A DNA stretch of 64,000 nucleotides from an uncultured Eubacteriales bacterium. Lineage in GTDB: Bacteria > Bacillota > Clostridia > Oscillospirales > Acutalibacteraceae. This document shows, one piece after another, positions 1 to 9,643 of the stretch. The stretch spans positions 7,983 to 71,982 of the forward strand of contig CAZMAM010000003.1 in assembly GCA_964564305.1 (NCBI GenBank). The letters are read 5' to 3'. The notes under the pieces are model-generated. The model was not told the DNA's origin and ran no database searches. It saw only the letters and a list, made by a program, of their open reading frames with translations. The position numbers and the translations under genes were made by a program. Each line of letters opens with the position of its first letter. The first letter of the stretch is position 1.

Positions 1-1
1 G

Positions 2-472
2 ATTGTATTGGATGATGCGGGGTGTTTTATGCGTGACGGCAAATTTCTCGCGAAAAACAGTGAGGGCGTTTACGGCTTGTACGATGAGAAATTCCGGGTA
101 CAGGCGACATTCGATTGCGAAAATATCGGCATTCTTTCCGAAAGCGGAATCATTGCCTTTGAAAAAGGCGGCCTTTGGGGGTTTGCGAATGAGGAAGGCA
201 ATGTGGTGATAGAACCGCAATATGCCGGCGCGAAGAGTTTTTCCCACGGCCTCGCGGGCGTTTCGGACGGAGAAAAATGGGGCATGATTACCGCGGATAA
301 TCAATTGGTGATTCCGTATCAATTCGAAGAGGTGGGGTATATGGACAGCAGTGCCTGCTGCCCGGTGCTGACCGATACCGCCGAGGAGGAAGATGGAGAT
401 CCGGATGAAAACGGTACCATTCGGAATTGGCGCTTTTTGGAATTGTCCATGGGGCTGCCGGGCGGAGAATAA
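2..472 (+). CDS. WG-repeat (KWG-type) protein, C-terminal fragment; the 5' end lies upstream of the window
   Basis: The frame is open from the window edge. It has repeated units with the G-x-WG motif followed by hydrophobic/Y residues (GGLWGFANEEGNVVIEPQY, GEKWGMITADNQLVIPYQF). Stop TAA 470-472 directly abuts the next ORF. Confidence 0.6.
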   Translation: MVLDDAGCFMRDGKFLAKNSEGVYGLYDEKFRVQATFDCENIGILSESGIIAFEKGGLWGFANEEGNVVIEPQYAGAKSFSHGLAGVSDGEKWGMITADNQLVIPYQFEEVGYMDSSACCPVLTDTAEEEDGDPDENGTIRNWRFLELSMGLPGGE

Positions 473-505
473 ATGCAATCCGGAAGAAAAAAGGGGAGGA
501 TTCGG

Positions 506-1165
506 GTGAAGCGAATTGATGAACGCGGCGCCGGGGATGAGCGCGGCGAAATCATGCTGGAAGCGGTAATTATCATTGTTCCCGTGCTGATTTTGCTGTT
601 TGTTTTGCTTTCGCTCTCTTTTTTCTTTTATCAGGAAACGATGATTCATACCATGGCGACCGAAATTGCGGAAAATATCGCCAAAAATTATAAATTTACG
701 GATTTGCCCATGGAATCGCAGTCGCTTCGGCTGGATGATGTGAATAGTACCAAAATGTTTCGCATGACTTTCGGACAAAAGAACGTGAATGACGCGCACC
801 AAGGCCGTGCGAACGGTTATGTTCAGGATCGCGCCAGTTTTACCGGCATGGGGCTTCATCCGCAAAGCGCCAATGTGTCGTGTGAAATTCATTCCACCGG
901 AATCGGGCGCGCTTATGTGAAGGTTACCGTTTCGCAAAAAACCGATTTCTTTCTAAGCGGTATCTTGGAAATGACCGGGGTGGCGGATGAAGAAACGCTT
1001 TTTTCCTCCACGGTTTACGCGGAATGTACGGATTTTACCGCGTATACATCTTTGATGAATTTCGATGTCTATTGCAGCTCGCAGCTGAGTAATATGCAGC
1101 TGTTTGACAGCATCGGATCACTGTGGGCCAATGTTAAAAATTTTGCGCTCAAGCTGATCCATTAA
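506..1165 (+). CDS. TadE-like pseudopilin-type membrane protein
   Basis: GTG 506 sits 5 nt after GGGGAGGA (493-500); the ORF-track start at 473 is an alternative. The N-terminus ERGEIMLEAVIIIVPVLILLFVLL is the charged-Glu-hydrophobic helix pattern typical of TadE/TadF N-terminal domains. Confidence 0.55.
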   Translation: MKRIDERGAGDERGEIMLEAVIIIVPVLILLFVLLSLSFFFYQETMIHTMATEIAENIAKNYKFTDLPMESQSLRLDDVNSTKMFRMTFGQKNVNDAHQGRANGYVQDRASFTGMGLHPQSANVSCEIHSTGIGRAYVKVTVSQKTDFFLSGILEMTGVADEETLFSSTVYAECTDFTAYTSLMNFDVYCSSQLSNMQLFDSIGSLWANVKNFALKLIH

Positions 1166-1200
1166 TCGGAAAATAACGGGTGAAAAGAGGGAAAAATGGC

Positions 1201-3891
1201 ATGGATACACGCCGCCGAAAGAAAAAAGGCATTACCAAAGCAAAACTGCTTCGGGGCTTACGCGGATCAATTTCTATTTTGCTCTGTCTGATTTTGGCTC
1301 CGTTTCTTTCGGTTGCGCTGGGATTGGTGGAATATGCGCGTCTGCAGCAGGTGATTGAACTGACCGAGGAAATTTACGAACTCACGGGCATGTCCGTTCT
1401 GGCCGATTATGACCCCTACATTCATAACCGATTTGGATTGCTGTGTGTTTCTCAGGAAGATTCGTTCGGCACCGGATTTTCTGCGCAGCTTACCGAAAAC
1501 GCAAAAATGATGGGCAATCAGATTTCCCTGAACAATATTTCCCTCACCGGAAAGATGTCGCTTCAAGATGCCGATACGCTGAAGAAGCAATTGATGGATG
1601 TCAGCGAACTGACCGTCACTTCGGCGGTGCTCGGAAAGGATTTTCATTTAGAAGAACTGCTGGAAAAATTAAACGAATTTTCCGGATTCCAGAATTTTAC
1701 GAATGTTATCGACGGTTTGTCCACGGTGGCGGAAAAATTAAGTGATGTAGTGGACAAGCTGAATAAGTTAAAGGATATGTTCGGAGATTTAAGGATTGCT
1801 ATATACGATGCAACAAATTCCGCTAATAAACTGGTGGAGAAAACGGCCGATTTTTATAAGCGGCTTGGGGATAACGGCGTAATGCTGAACGGCTCCGGGG
1901 AAACGGAGGAAACGGAAAACAGAGTATTGCAAGCTTTTGTGGGAAATTATTCGTTGGATTTACAATCTCTCTCTTCCGCCGGGAAAAGCTTGGTGGATGA
2001 CTTTGGCAATGTCAAGGCAAATCTGGACGAGGTAAAATTGGCTATAGACGGATTAAAATCAGCGCTGCAAGCGGCGAAGGATGCTTTGGCGTCGATTAAT
2101 TCCTCTTCCGCCGATAATACAGTCGATCCGAACGGAAAAATTACCCAAAGTGCGGTAGAACCAATGAATGCTGTTATCACTCAAATTGACACACTTGTGA
2201 CCGATACGCTGAATTCGTTTAAAGAGGAAACGGTATCCGCACTGAAAGAAGTGATGCGCAAAATTGTAGAGGAAGCTTTTCAGCAATGCGGTCTTTCCCA
2301 AATGGTCCGGTACAGCGATATTATTGCCGGACGGTATTTTACGTTTCCGCTCAGCAGTCAGGCAAAAACGGATCTTCTGGATTTGCTGGAGACGGTAAAA
2401 GAAATTTATGACAGCCAAGGAAGCGGGGATTTCACTTTGCTGCAATCATTTTTTAAGGAAAAGTTTATTCCGGATTTGCATAATATTGATATTGGTAATT
2501 TTATTGGTAATTTATTGGACAAGATTGAACAAGCTTTGCAGGAGGCGGGAGAGAACATTGTCCAAAATGGAGAAGAAAAAGTCCAAAATATTCTGACGAA
2601 ACTGGTCGAGATTGTCCGCTCCCTGTTCGATCTGGATATCTGTTATGAACCGGATTTTAACGCGCAGGTACAGACCATCAGCGCATCCACCAGTTCTTAT
2701 CAGGATTTTATCAATAATGTCAACAACTTAAATACAGCGGCGAGCGAATTTGGGGAATCATTAGTTCCCCTAAATGTGGTGCAAATGTTTAAGTCCCTCG
2801 CAGGAATTTTTAAAAACATCTATAAAGTGATTCAATCCGTGTTTTCCATTATCGGGAATATTCTGAGTAACATCGGATCGCTGGCGGGCGATATGTTCAC
2901 CGGAAATTGGAAACAGCTTTACGAAAGGCTGCTGATCAGCGGATATATGCGGCATAATCTTCCCTGCCGAATTGACGACGCCGCCTTGGCTGCCGTGCCG
3001 GGCGGAGTGAGGGCACAACTGGCAGGGGAGGGACTGACCGGATTTCCATATGACGACATTGCGCGGCCGCCGGCTTATCCTTCCGCGCAAAGTACCGCAG
3101 AATCCTCGCTCTCGAGTATGAGCGGTCAGCTCTCGAATCTGCAAAACGGCAGGGGTGCAGACCGAGCATTTAAGGGCGCGGAAATGGAATTTATTTTGGC
3201 GGGGACCAATTCCGAGATCGCCAATCAGACCGTGGCGTTTCTCAACATTTATTTTCTGCGGCTGCTGCTGGATATTCCCTCTGTTTTTCAGGACGGGGCA
3301 GTGGCGGCAACCGCGGCAGCGGCCAGTGTGGCCTCTTGGCTTATCTATATTCTCTATATTCTGATAGAACCATTTTGCGACACGATTCTCTTGGTCAACG
3401 GAGGAACCGTCGATTTGATTCGCAGCCAGTGTTATCTGACCCCGGTTAAAATACCAGACTTTCTTGAAACACTGACCGATGTCATCGTCTCCAATGCACA
3501 GTTAAGTGCGGCCGTGAAAAACGAAATCGACGGGAACCTGAAGGTAAAGATGAAGGAATATATCGACGAAAATAATTACGAACCATCATCGGATGTAGAC
3601 TCGTTGATGGACGGCGACGGGACACAAATCGATTACCGCACCACCATGCTGTTGCTGCTGTTTTTAGCCGTTGATCCGGCAGATCAAATCAGACGTCTTC
3701 AGGATATCATTCGTATGGAGACCGAGCAGTATTATATCGATCAGGGAAAGACTTTTCGTTTCGGCGCAACATATACGGCTTTGGAAATCGCGGCGAATGT
3801 GACATTTTACCCGTTTTTCGATCTCGGCGTCGCGTCGGGAGGGTCGCCTACGCTACCCGCCGGGCGAATCAGCCAATTTGTGGGGTATTGA
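1201..3891 (+). CDS. Large TadG-like membrane protein with a long helical/coiled-coil middle and a hydrophobic C-terminal region
   Basis: ATG 1201 lies 8 nt after AAAAGAGGGA; GTG 1180 is an alternative start. A basic tail is followed by LRGSISILLCLILAPFLSVALGLVEYARL (TadE/G-like helix). A stretch of about 450 aa is rich in heptad-like L/E/K. The C-terminus has hydrophobic segments (FLNIYFLRLLLDIP, WLIYILYILIEPF, TTMLLLLFLAV). Confidence 0.5.
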   Translation: MDTRRRKKKGITKAKLLRGLRGSISILLCLILAPFLSVALGLVEYARLQQVIELTEEIYELTGMSVLADYDPYIHNRFGLLCVSQEDSFGTGFSAQLTENAKMMGNQISLNNISLTGKMSLQDADTLKKQLMDVSELTVTSAVLGKDFHLEELLEKLNEFSGFQNFTNVIDGLSTVAEKLSDVVDKLNKLKDMFGDLRIAIYDATNSANKLVEKTADFYKRLGDNGVMLNGSGETEETENRVLQAFVGNYSLDLQSLSSAGKSLVDDFGNVKANLDEVKLAIDGLKSALQAAKDALASINSSSADNTVDPNGKITQSAVEPMNAVITQIDTLVTDTLNSFKEETVSALKEVMRKIVEEAFQQCGLSQMVRYSDIIAGRYFTFPLSSQAKTDLLDLLETVKEIYDSQGSGDFTLLQSFFKEKFIPDLHNIDIGNFIGNLLDKIEQALQEAGENIVQNGEEKVQNILTKLVEIVRSLFDLDICYEPDFNAQVQTISASTSSYQDFINNVNNLNTAASEFGESLVPLNVVQMFKSLAGIFKNIYKVIQSVFSIIGNILSNIGSLAGDMFTGNWKQLYERLLISGYMRHNLPCRIDDAALAAVPGGVRAQLAGEGLTGFPYDDIARPPAYPSAQSTAESSLSSMSGQLSNLQNGRGADRAFKGAEMEFILAGTNSEIANQTVAFLNIYFLRLLLDIPSVFQDGAVAATAAAASVASWLIYILYILIEPFCDTILLVNGGTVDLIRSQCYLTPVKIPDFLETLTDVIVSNAQLSAAVKNEIDGNLKVKMKEYIDENNYEPSSDVDSLMDGDGTQIDYRTTMLLLLFLAVDPADQIRRLQDIIRMETEQYYIDQGKTFRFGATYTALEIAANVTFYPFFDLGVASGGSPTLPAGRISQFVGY

Positions 3892-3901
3892 GGAAGCGCA
3901 C

Positions 3902-4459
3902 ATGATGAAAGAAAACCGTACACAGGGCTCTTTGACTTTGGAAGCCTGTATTGTGGTGCCGATTTTTGTTGCGGTGATGCTGGTGGCCAACGGATTATTT
4001 ATTCTTTTTATGGGCCAGCAGGTGATGTCGCATACGTTGCTGACGGCCGCGAAAAGTTTGGCGTTGGATCCGTATTCTTCCGAAAGGGTGACGCAGAGCG
4101 GTGCGAGCGATTTGGCCGGGATGATCTTGGATATTACCGATGTGGTTCATGGAAATTATACATCCGCAGACAAATGGTACGAAACGCATCCCGACGATTT
4201 ACAGTTTCTCGCCAAAGAGCGGTTTTCCGCTTATCTGCGTTCTTCCCATAGCGATGCCGATGAATTACTTCAAATGGTGGGGATCGAAAACGGCGTAGAC
4301 GGGCTGGATTTTTCTCAAAGCCGCTATGCCGACGGTGTTTTGACCCTTACGTTGACGTACACGCAAAATTACCCCTTTAATGCGGCCGGGCTCGCTTCTT
4401 TTTCCCGCACCATGAGCGTACAGGTGAAAACCTTTGAATATAAAGCGTTAGGAGAATGA
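3902..4459 (+). CDS. TadE-like pseudopilin-type protein
   Basis: ATG 3902 lies 5 nt after GAGGAAG (3890-3896). The N-terminus is MMKENRTQGSLTLEACIVVPIFVAVMLVANGLFILF (G-x-x-x-x-E plus hydrophobic helix). It overlaps the end of the preceding gene. Confidence 0.55.
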   Translation: MMKENRTQGSLTLEACIVVPIFVAVMLVANGLFILFMGQQVMSHTLLTAAKSLALDPYSSERVTQSGASDLAGMILDITDVVHGNYTSADKWYETHPDDLQFLAKERFSAYLRSSHSDADELLQMVGIENGVDGLDFSQSRYADGVLTLTLTYTQNYPFNAAGLASFSRTMSVQVKTFEYKALGE

Positions 4460-4465
4460 GCGGAG

Positions 4466-6133
4466 ATGGATTTTACCTTTGAAAATCAAGGAACCACCAC
4501 ATATCTTGTGTATACCGTTAAAGATGGCGATGAAGTGGATTCCATGAGTCTGGGAATGATTATCAACAACAAAATTCCCGGTGTGGCGCCGGCGGTGGTT
4601 ACTCAGATGAATACGCGCCAATATATTAAATTTAACGTATCCGCCAGAGCATCCGTTAAGCAGTTTTTTTCCGGACCCGTCAACAAAAAGCGATTGCTGG
4701 GCATTTTTGCCGGGATTGCCGATGCAATGCTTTCCGCCGAAGATTACATGATCGATCCCGCCATGTTTATTCTCGATTTGGAACATATTTTCGCCGATGT
4801 TTCCACTTGCGACACCGTGCTCATCTGCCTGCCGATTGTCTCGAAAGAAAAGAAAACCGGCGATTCTCTGGAAATGTTTTTCAAGAAAATTCTGTTTACC
4901 ACACAGTTTGATCAAACCGAAAACTGCGATCATGTGGCGCGGATAATGAATTATCTCAACAGCGCTCCCGCGTTTTCGCTGGTGGAATTTCGCAAGCTGA
5001 TAACCGCACTTTCGCAGGAGAGGGCGCCCGCCGCAGGCGCCGTGGAACAGACAAGACGGCCGGCTGCTCCTGCCGGCGCGTGGGAACGTCTGCCTCAAGC
5101 GGTTAATCCCGTTGTTCCGCAGCAGCAACCGGTGGCTGCGCAGCAGCCGCCTGTGCCGCAAAATTTTCGGCAACCGGATGGGCATATTCCTTCGGCGACG
5201 CCGCCCGTGCCAAAACCTAAAAAGACCGCCAAACACGAAAAGAGCATGCCGGTGCCGCCGGGTCCCGGTATTCCAGCTGTTTCTCAAGGCCTCGGGAATT
5301 CCGCATCATCGCACAGTACTTCCGGGAGTGAAAAACCAATCAGTTGGTTTTATTTGATGCAGCATTACAACAAAGAAAATGCCGCCGCCTATAAAGCGCA
5401 AAAAGAAAAAAAGAAAGCGCAAAAAGCAGCAGCTGCTCCCGCTACTTCCGGGTATTCGGTTCCCGGCGCGCCACAGAACGGTACGCCTGGTGCCCCCGGG
5501 TTTCCCGGAGCGGCGCCGAACGCGGCGCCCGTTACTCCCGTTTCCACCGGTGCGGCATCCAATGCGGGGGCTTTTCCCCCCGCGCCCACCGGTGTGGCGT
5601 ACAATCGAATACCGTATGCTCCGCCTCCCAATCGACCGGTTGCACCGGCTGCCGTTTCTTCCCCTGCTATGCGCCCCGCTTCGCCCTCGGAAATCTCCGC
5701 GGCGCCGTTTGGCACTTCTGCGGGGAATCCCGTTCCGGGAAATATGGCCAATTTTGGGGACACCACCGTGCTGAATCCCGGCCGGGGCGGTGATACCACC
5801 GATCTGGCTACTTTGAATATGACGTCGTTTTCGGTGGCTTCTCCGTTTTTGATTCGCCGAAAAAACAATGAACGCATTCGCATTGACAGGGCGGTTTTCC
5901 GTATCGGAAAAGAAAAAAGCAATGTCGATTATTTCGTCAGCGATAACGCTGCGGTCAGCCGAAGCCACGCGAATATTCTTACCCGGGAGGGCAAATATTT
6001 TATTGTGGATACCGATTCCACCAATCATACCTTTGTCAATGGCGTGATGATACAAAGCCGGTCGGAAGTGCCGCTGAACAGCGGAGATACCGTGCGTTTT
6101 GCCAATGAAGAATTTGAATTTAAGGTGATGTGA
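4466..6133 (+). CDS. FHA domain protein: N-terminal globular domain, long Pro/Ala-rich linker, C-terminal FHA
   Basis: The C-terminus FRIGKEKSNVDYFVSDNAAVSRSHANILTREGKYFIVDTDSTNHTFVNG...LNSGDTVRF carries the FHA signature (G-R...S-x-x-H...N-G). An RBS AGGAGA lies upstream of ATG 4466. Confidence 0.85.
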   Translation: MDFTFENQGTTTYLVYTVKDGDEVDSMSLGMIINNKIPGVAPAVVTQMNTRQYIKFNVSARASVKQFFSGPVNKKRLLGIFAGIADAMLSAEDYMIDPAMFILDLEHIFADVSTCDTVLICLPIVSKEKKTGDSLEMFFKKILFTTQFDQTENCDHVARIMNYLNSAPAFSLVEFRKLITALSQERAPAAGAVEQTRRPAAPAGAWERLPQAVNPVVPQQQPVAAQQPPVPQNFRQPDGHIPSATPPVPKPKKTAKHEKSMPVPPGPGIPAVSQGLGNSASSHSTSGSEKPISWFYLMQHYNKENAAAYKAQKEKKKAQKAAAAPATSGYSVPGAPQNGTPGAPGFPGAAPNAAPVTPVSTGAASNAGAFPPAPTGVAYNRIPYAPPPNRPVAPAAVSSPAMRPASPSEISAAPFGTSAGNPVPGNMANFGDTTVLNPGRGGDTTDLATLNMTSFSVASPFLIRRKNNERIRIDRAVFRIGKEKSNVDYFVSDNAAVSRSHANILTREGKYFIVDTDSTNHTFVNGVMIQSRSEVPLNSGDTVRFANEEFEFKVM

Positions 6134-6155
6134 ACGGGACGGAGGCGAATATTCC

Positions 6156-6923
6156 GTGAATTTTTTGGCCGCGGCGGATACGGATATCGGCCTTACCAAA
6201 GCCACTAATCAGGACAGTCTGCTGGTAAAAGGGCTGAGCACGCGTTTGGGGCACATGGCTTTCGCCGTTTTGTGCGACGGCATGGGTGGATTGGAAAAAG
6301 GAGAATTGGCCAGCGCCGGCGTGGTGCGTGCGTTTGACCGATGGACAAATACCGCGCTGCCCGAACTTTGCCGCTCTTCTATGGACGATTCCGTTATGCG
6401 CGAACAGTGGACGGCGTTGATTGCCGAACAGAATCGAATTATCAAAGCATATGCGGCCGCGCGGGGAATTCGGATGGGTACCACGGTAGTGGCGATGCTG
6501 CTGACCGAAACCCGGTATGTTATTTTGAATGTCGGTGATTCCCGCGCGTACGAACTGGGTGCAAATATCCGGCAAATCACCGAAGATCACAGTTTTGTGG
6601 CACGTGAAGTGGCCTTGGGCAATATGACGGAAATGCAAGCCAACCGGGACGAGCGCCGGAATGTTTTGCTGCAATGTGTGGGTGCGTCCGACGAGGTGTA
6701 CCCGGATATGTTTTTTGGAGATACCCGGCCCAATACGTCGTATTTGCTTTGTTCCGACGGCTTTCGGCACGAAATTACTTCCGGGGAAATCTATGAGCAT
6801 CTCAGCCCGAAAGCGGCGCCCAATCAGGACGCCATGAGTCGCGCGCTACGTCTTTTAATCGATTGGAATAAGCAGCGCAGGGAACCGGACAACATTTCTG
6901 CCGCATTGATTCGAACCTGTTGA
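6156..6923 (+). CDS. PP2C-family Ser/Thr protein phosphatase
   Basis: Motifs TDIGLTKATNQDS, LCDGMGG, NVGDSRAY and LCSDG are present. GTG start follows GGAGG. Confidence 0.9.
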   Translation: MNFLAAADTDIGLTKATNQDSLLVKGLSTRLGHMAFAVLCDGMGGLEKGELASAGVVRAFDRWTNTALPELCRSSMDDSVMREQWTALIAEQNRIIKAYAAARGIRMGTTVVAMLLTETRYVILNVGDSRAYELGANIRQITEDHSFVAREVALGNMTEMQANRDERRNVLLQCVGASDEVYPDMFFGDTRPNTSYLLCSDGFRHEITSGEIYEHLSPKAAPNQDAMSRALRLLIDWNKQRREPDNISAALIRTC

Positions 6924-6935
6924 GGAGGTGCGCAC

Positions 6936-8621
6936 ATGCTGGAAATCGGTTCCGTCTTGGACGGAAAGTACAAGATTTTAAATAAAGTCGGGCAGGGCGG
7001 CATGAGCGTCGTCTATCTTGCGATGAACGAAAAAGCCAACAAGCAATGGGCGGTAAAAGAAGTTCGCAAAGACGGGGTGATGAATTTCGAGGAAGTCCGT
7101 CAGGGACTGGTTGCGGAAACAGATATTCTCAAGCGATTGAGTCACCCCAATCTGCCCAGCATTATTGACGTTATCGATACCGACGAATCGTTTATCATCG
7201 TGATGGATTATATTCAGGGGAACTCTCTGAGCAAAGCGCTGGAGGAATACGGGGCGCAGCCGCAGGAAAATGTAATTGAGTGGGCAAAACAGCTCACCGA
7301 TGTGCTTGGTTATTTGCACAGCCGCACTCCGCCGATTATCTACCGAGATATGAAGCCTGCAAATATTATGCTGAAACCGGACGGCAATGTTATGCTGATT
7401 GATTTCGGTACCGCAAGGGAGTTTAAAGAAAAAAATCTTGCGGACACCACTTGTTTGGGCACTGTCGGTTATGCCGCGCCGGAGCAGTTCGGCGGTATGG
7501 GACAGACGGATGCCCGAACGGACATTTATTGTTTGGGGGCAACGCTTTATCATTTGGTGACCGGAATGAATCCGTGCGAGCCCCCTTACGAGATCCGCCC
7601 GATCAGGGATATCAATCCCACGCTCTCCGGCGGGCTTGAGCGCATTATCCTTAAATGCACTCAGCGCAACCCGAACGACCGGTATCAGTCCGCGGCAGAG
7701 CTGATGTATGCGCTGGAACACGTCAACGAGATTGACGATAAATATCTGAAGCGGCAAAAACGCAAGCTGTTCGGGTTTTTGGTTCCCGCCGCGTTGTGCT
7801 TGGTTTTTGCCGGGTCGTCCGTTTGGGGATATGTTTCGGCGGAAACCAAAAAAGGGGAAAATTACGATTATCTCCTCAAGAGTGCTGCTGTTCCCCAAGA
7901 TTATCTTGACGCGATGGTGACCGATCCCACCCGATGGGAAGCGTATTTGGGCACAGACGAATACAGCGGCCTTATCGATACACTGATTGCGGACGGAGAG
8001 TTAAGCGCTCAGGACAGCGCGGTGCTGATGAAATTGCGCAGCGGGTTGGATTCCGTCGATTTGCAGGGATATGCTACGGTCACCGACGCTTTGGGTACAT
8101 TGGAGCGGGAAGATCCGGATAAATACCGGGATGTTTGCTTTTCGATCGGAGAGGCTTATCTGTTTTACTATACCGTAGATGTGGAAAAAGATCGGTATCA
8201 GGCGGCGGCCTCTTGGTTTCAGGCGGCGGTGGATAAATATCCGGTGGCGCAGATATATTGCGATATTTCCGAATGTTTGCAAAATATCGATAAATACACC
8301 AAAGCGGATCAGTATGCCAGCCTGTATGAGGAATATCAAACGCTGTGGGCGCAGATTCGCCAGCTTGCCGATGATTCCGATCGGTTTGACGATGATTTGC
8401 GCTTGCGGGTTTGGAAGGAAACCGTCAATATGATTCGCAATAACGCTGCCCGGTTTTGCGAAGTAGCATCGCAGGATGAAATCACCGGTGTGCTGGACAA
8501 CATAACTCAGAAAAGCGACGGAATTACCAATGCCTTTCTTCAGGACAGCATCGGCGATTTGCGGGAAATCATTGCGACAACCAAAACAAAGGTGCTTTCC
8601 GTAAAGGACACCGACACCTGA
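6936..8621 (+). CDS. Hanks-type Ser/Thr protein kinase with one TM segment and a roughly 255-aa non-PASTA extracellular domain
   Basis: GQGGMSVVY glycine loop, AVKEV lysine, YRDMKPANIM catalytic loop, DFG, and APE in GYAAPEQ. The TM segment is LFGFLVPAALCLVFAGSSVWGYV. An RBS GAGGAGG is present. Confidence 0.9.
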   Translation: MLEIGSVLDGKYKILNKVGQGGMSVVYLAMNEKANKQWAVKEVRKDGVMNFEEVRQGLVAETDILKRLSHPNLPSIIDVIDTDESFIIVMDYIQGNSLSKALEEYGAQPQENVIEWAKQLTDVLGYLHSRTPPIIYRDMKPANIMLKPDGNVMLIDFGTAREFKEKNLADTTCLGTVGYAAPEQFGGMGQTDARTDIYCLGATLYHLVTGMNPCEPPYEIRPIRDINPTLSGGLERIILKCTQRNPNDRYQSAAELMYALEHVNEIDDKYLKRQKRKLFGFLVPAALCLVFAGSSVWGYVSAETKKGENYDYLLKSAAVPQDYLDAMVTDPTRWEAYLGTDEYSGLIDTLIADGELSAQDSAVLMKLRSGLDSVDLQGYATVTDALGTLEREDPDKYRDVCFSIGEAYLFYYTVDVEKDRYQAAASWFQAAVDKYPVAQIYCDISECLQNIDKYTKADQYASLYEEYQTLWAQIRQLADDSDRFDDDLRLRVWKETVNMIRNNAARFCEVASQDEITGVLDNITQKSDGITNAFLQDSIGDLREIIATTKTKVLSVKDTDT

Positions 8622-8637
8622 TAAAGGAGAACATCGC

Positions 8638-9126
8638 GTGACTTACGAAACGTATCGATATATTTTTATCGTCGGCGCCATTTTGTCCGGAATAATGCTG
8701 GCGGTGGCCGTGCTCCTGTTCTTTCTGCTGCACATTCCCACCGTTATCGGGGATATCACCGGGCGTAATGCGCGCAGAGGAATCGAGGAGATTCGCGGCC
8801 GAAATTTCGGAGCCGGGAACAAATCCGCAAAACTTTCATCATCGGCGGGAACCGGTGCGAAGCAGGCGGGCAAAAGTTCCGCCGTCGTGCGCCCGGTTGC
8901 CCGGTCCTTTACCGCAACGGGCAGGATGGGAACCGCCAAGCTGAGTACCGTTGAATTGCTCCACAGCGCACAGGAAACCACTTTGCTGAAAAACGCTGAA
9001 CATGACGACAAGGGGCCGGCAGCGCCCGTTTACGCAGAAACAGCTTTGTTGGCCGCATCCGATGCATCCGCTTTTTTTGTGGAATACGAAATATGTTTTA
9101 TTCACACCGAAGAAATCATTGCGTGA
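8638..9126 (+). CDS. Hypothetical single-pass membrane protein
   Basis: GTG follows AAAGGAGA. It has an N-terminal TM helix (YIFIVGAILSGIMLAVAVLLFFLL). No motif was recognised. The coding call rests on operon packing. Confidence 0.45.
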   Translation: MTYETYRYIFIVGAILSGIMLAVAVLLFFLLHIPTVIGDITGRNARRGIEEIRGRNFGAGNKSAKLSSSAGTGAKQAGKSSAVVRPVARSFTATGRMGTAKLSTVELLHSAQETTLLKNAEHDDKGPAAPVYAETALLAASDASAFFVEYEICFIHTEEIIA

Positions 9127-9160
9127 AGATTTTAAGATTGCTTAAAGAAGGTGCATAACC

Positions 9161-9643
9161 GTGCGCAAAAACCCCATTTATCCGATGAGGGCGTCCGTTT
9201 TGTGTTTTGCCGTTTCCTTTTTTTCGCTCAGTGCGATACCTCTGGCACAGCTTTGCCCGGAAACTGTGAACAAAATTTTGGGATATGTGATTGCGGCGGT
9301 GTTTTGGCTGTTTTTATTTTCCGGGACGGTCTTGTTTTGGTTGGCGAAAAAACGGATCAGGCCGTACCGGCGAAAATTGAAATCCGTGGGTGAACTTTCC
9401 GCTTCCCGTCTCCCGGGCGTTTTTCGTTTTTCCCGTCGGCCGCTTTCTCTGATTATGTATGGGATTATTTTGGTGGGAGCGGTGTTGATTATTACCGACA
9501 TCATTTTTTCTTATGTGCCTTCGGCGGTGATGTTTCCGATTCTTTCGGTTACTTTGTTTGCGTTTGCGCTCCACTGTATTGTGGACAGCGAAACATATCA
9601 GGTCTTTCTGAAATACAGGAAAGGGATGGGTGCAGAGTTATGA
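9161..9643 (+). CDS. Hypothetical polytopic (about 4 TM) membrane protein
   Basis: Four hydrophobic helices. Its stop overlaps the start of the giant gene (ATGA at 9640-9643). Confidence 0.45.
   Translation: MRKNPIYPMRASVLCFAVSFFSLSAIPLAQLCPETVNKILGYVIAAVFWLFLFSGTVLFWLAKKRIRPYRRKLKSVGELSASRLPGVFRFSRRPLSLIMYGIILVGAVLIITDIIFSYVPSAVMFPILSVTLFAFALHCIVDSETYQVFLKYRKGMGAEL

Noticed and set aside
4448-6205. Long minus-strand ORFs (4448-5287, 279 aa; 5306-6205, 299 aa; 5389-5922) lie opposite the FHA gene.
   Set aside because: They are Arg/Gly/Pro-rich mirror translations of the GC-rich Pro/Ala linker. They have no RBS or recognisable motif. The plus-strand frame carries a clear FHA domain and fits the operon.
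6978-7898. A 306-aa minus-strand ORF lies opposite the Ser/Thr kinase gene.
   Set aside because: The plus strand encodes every Hanks kinase motif. The antisense ORF has no recognisable features.
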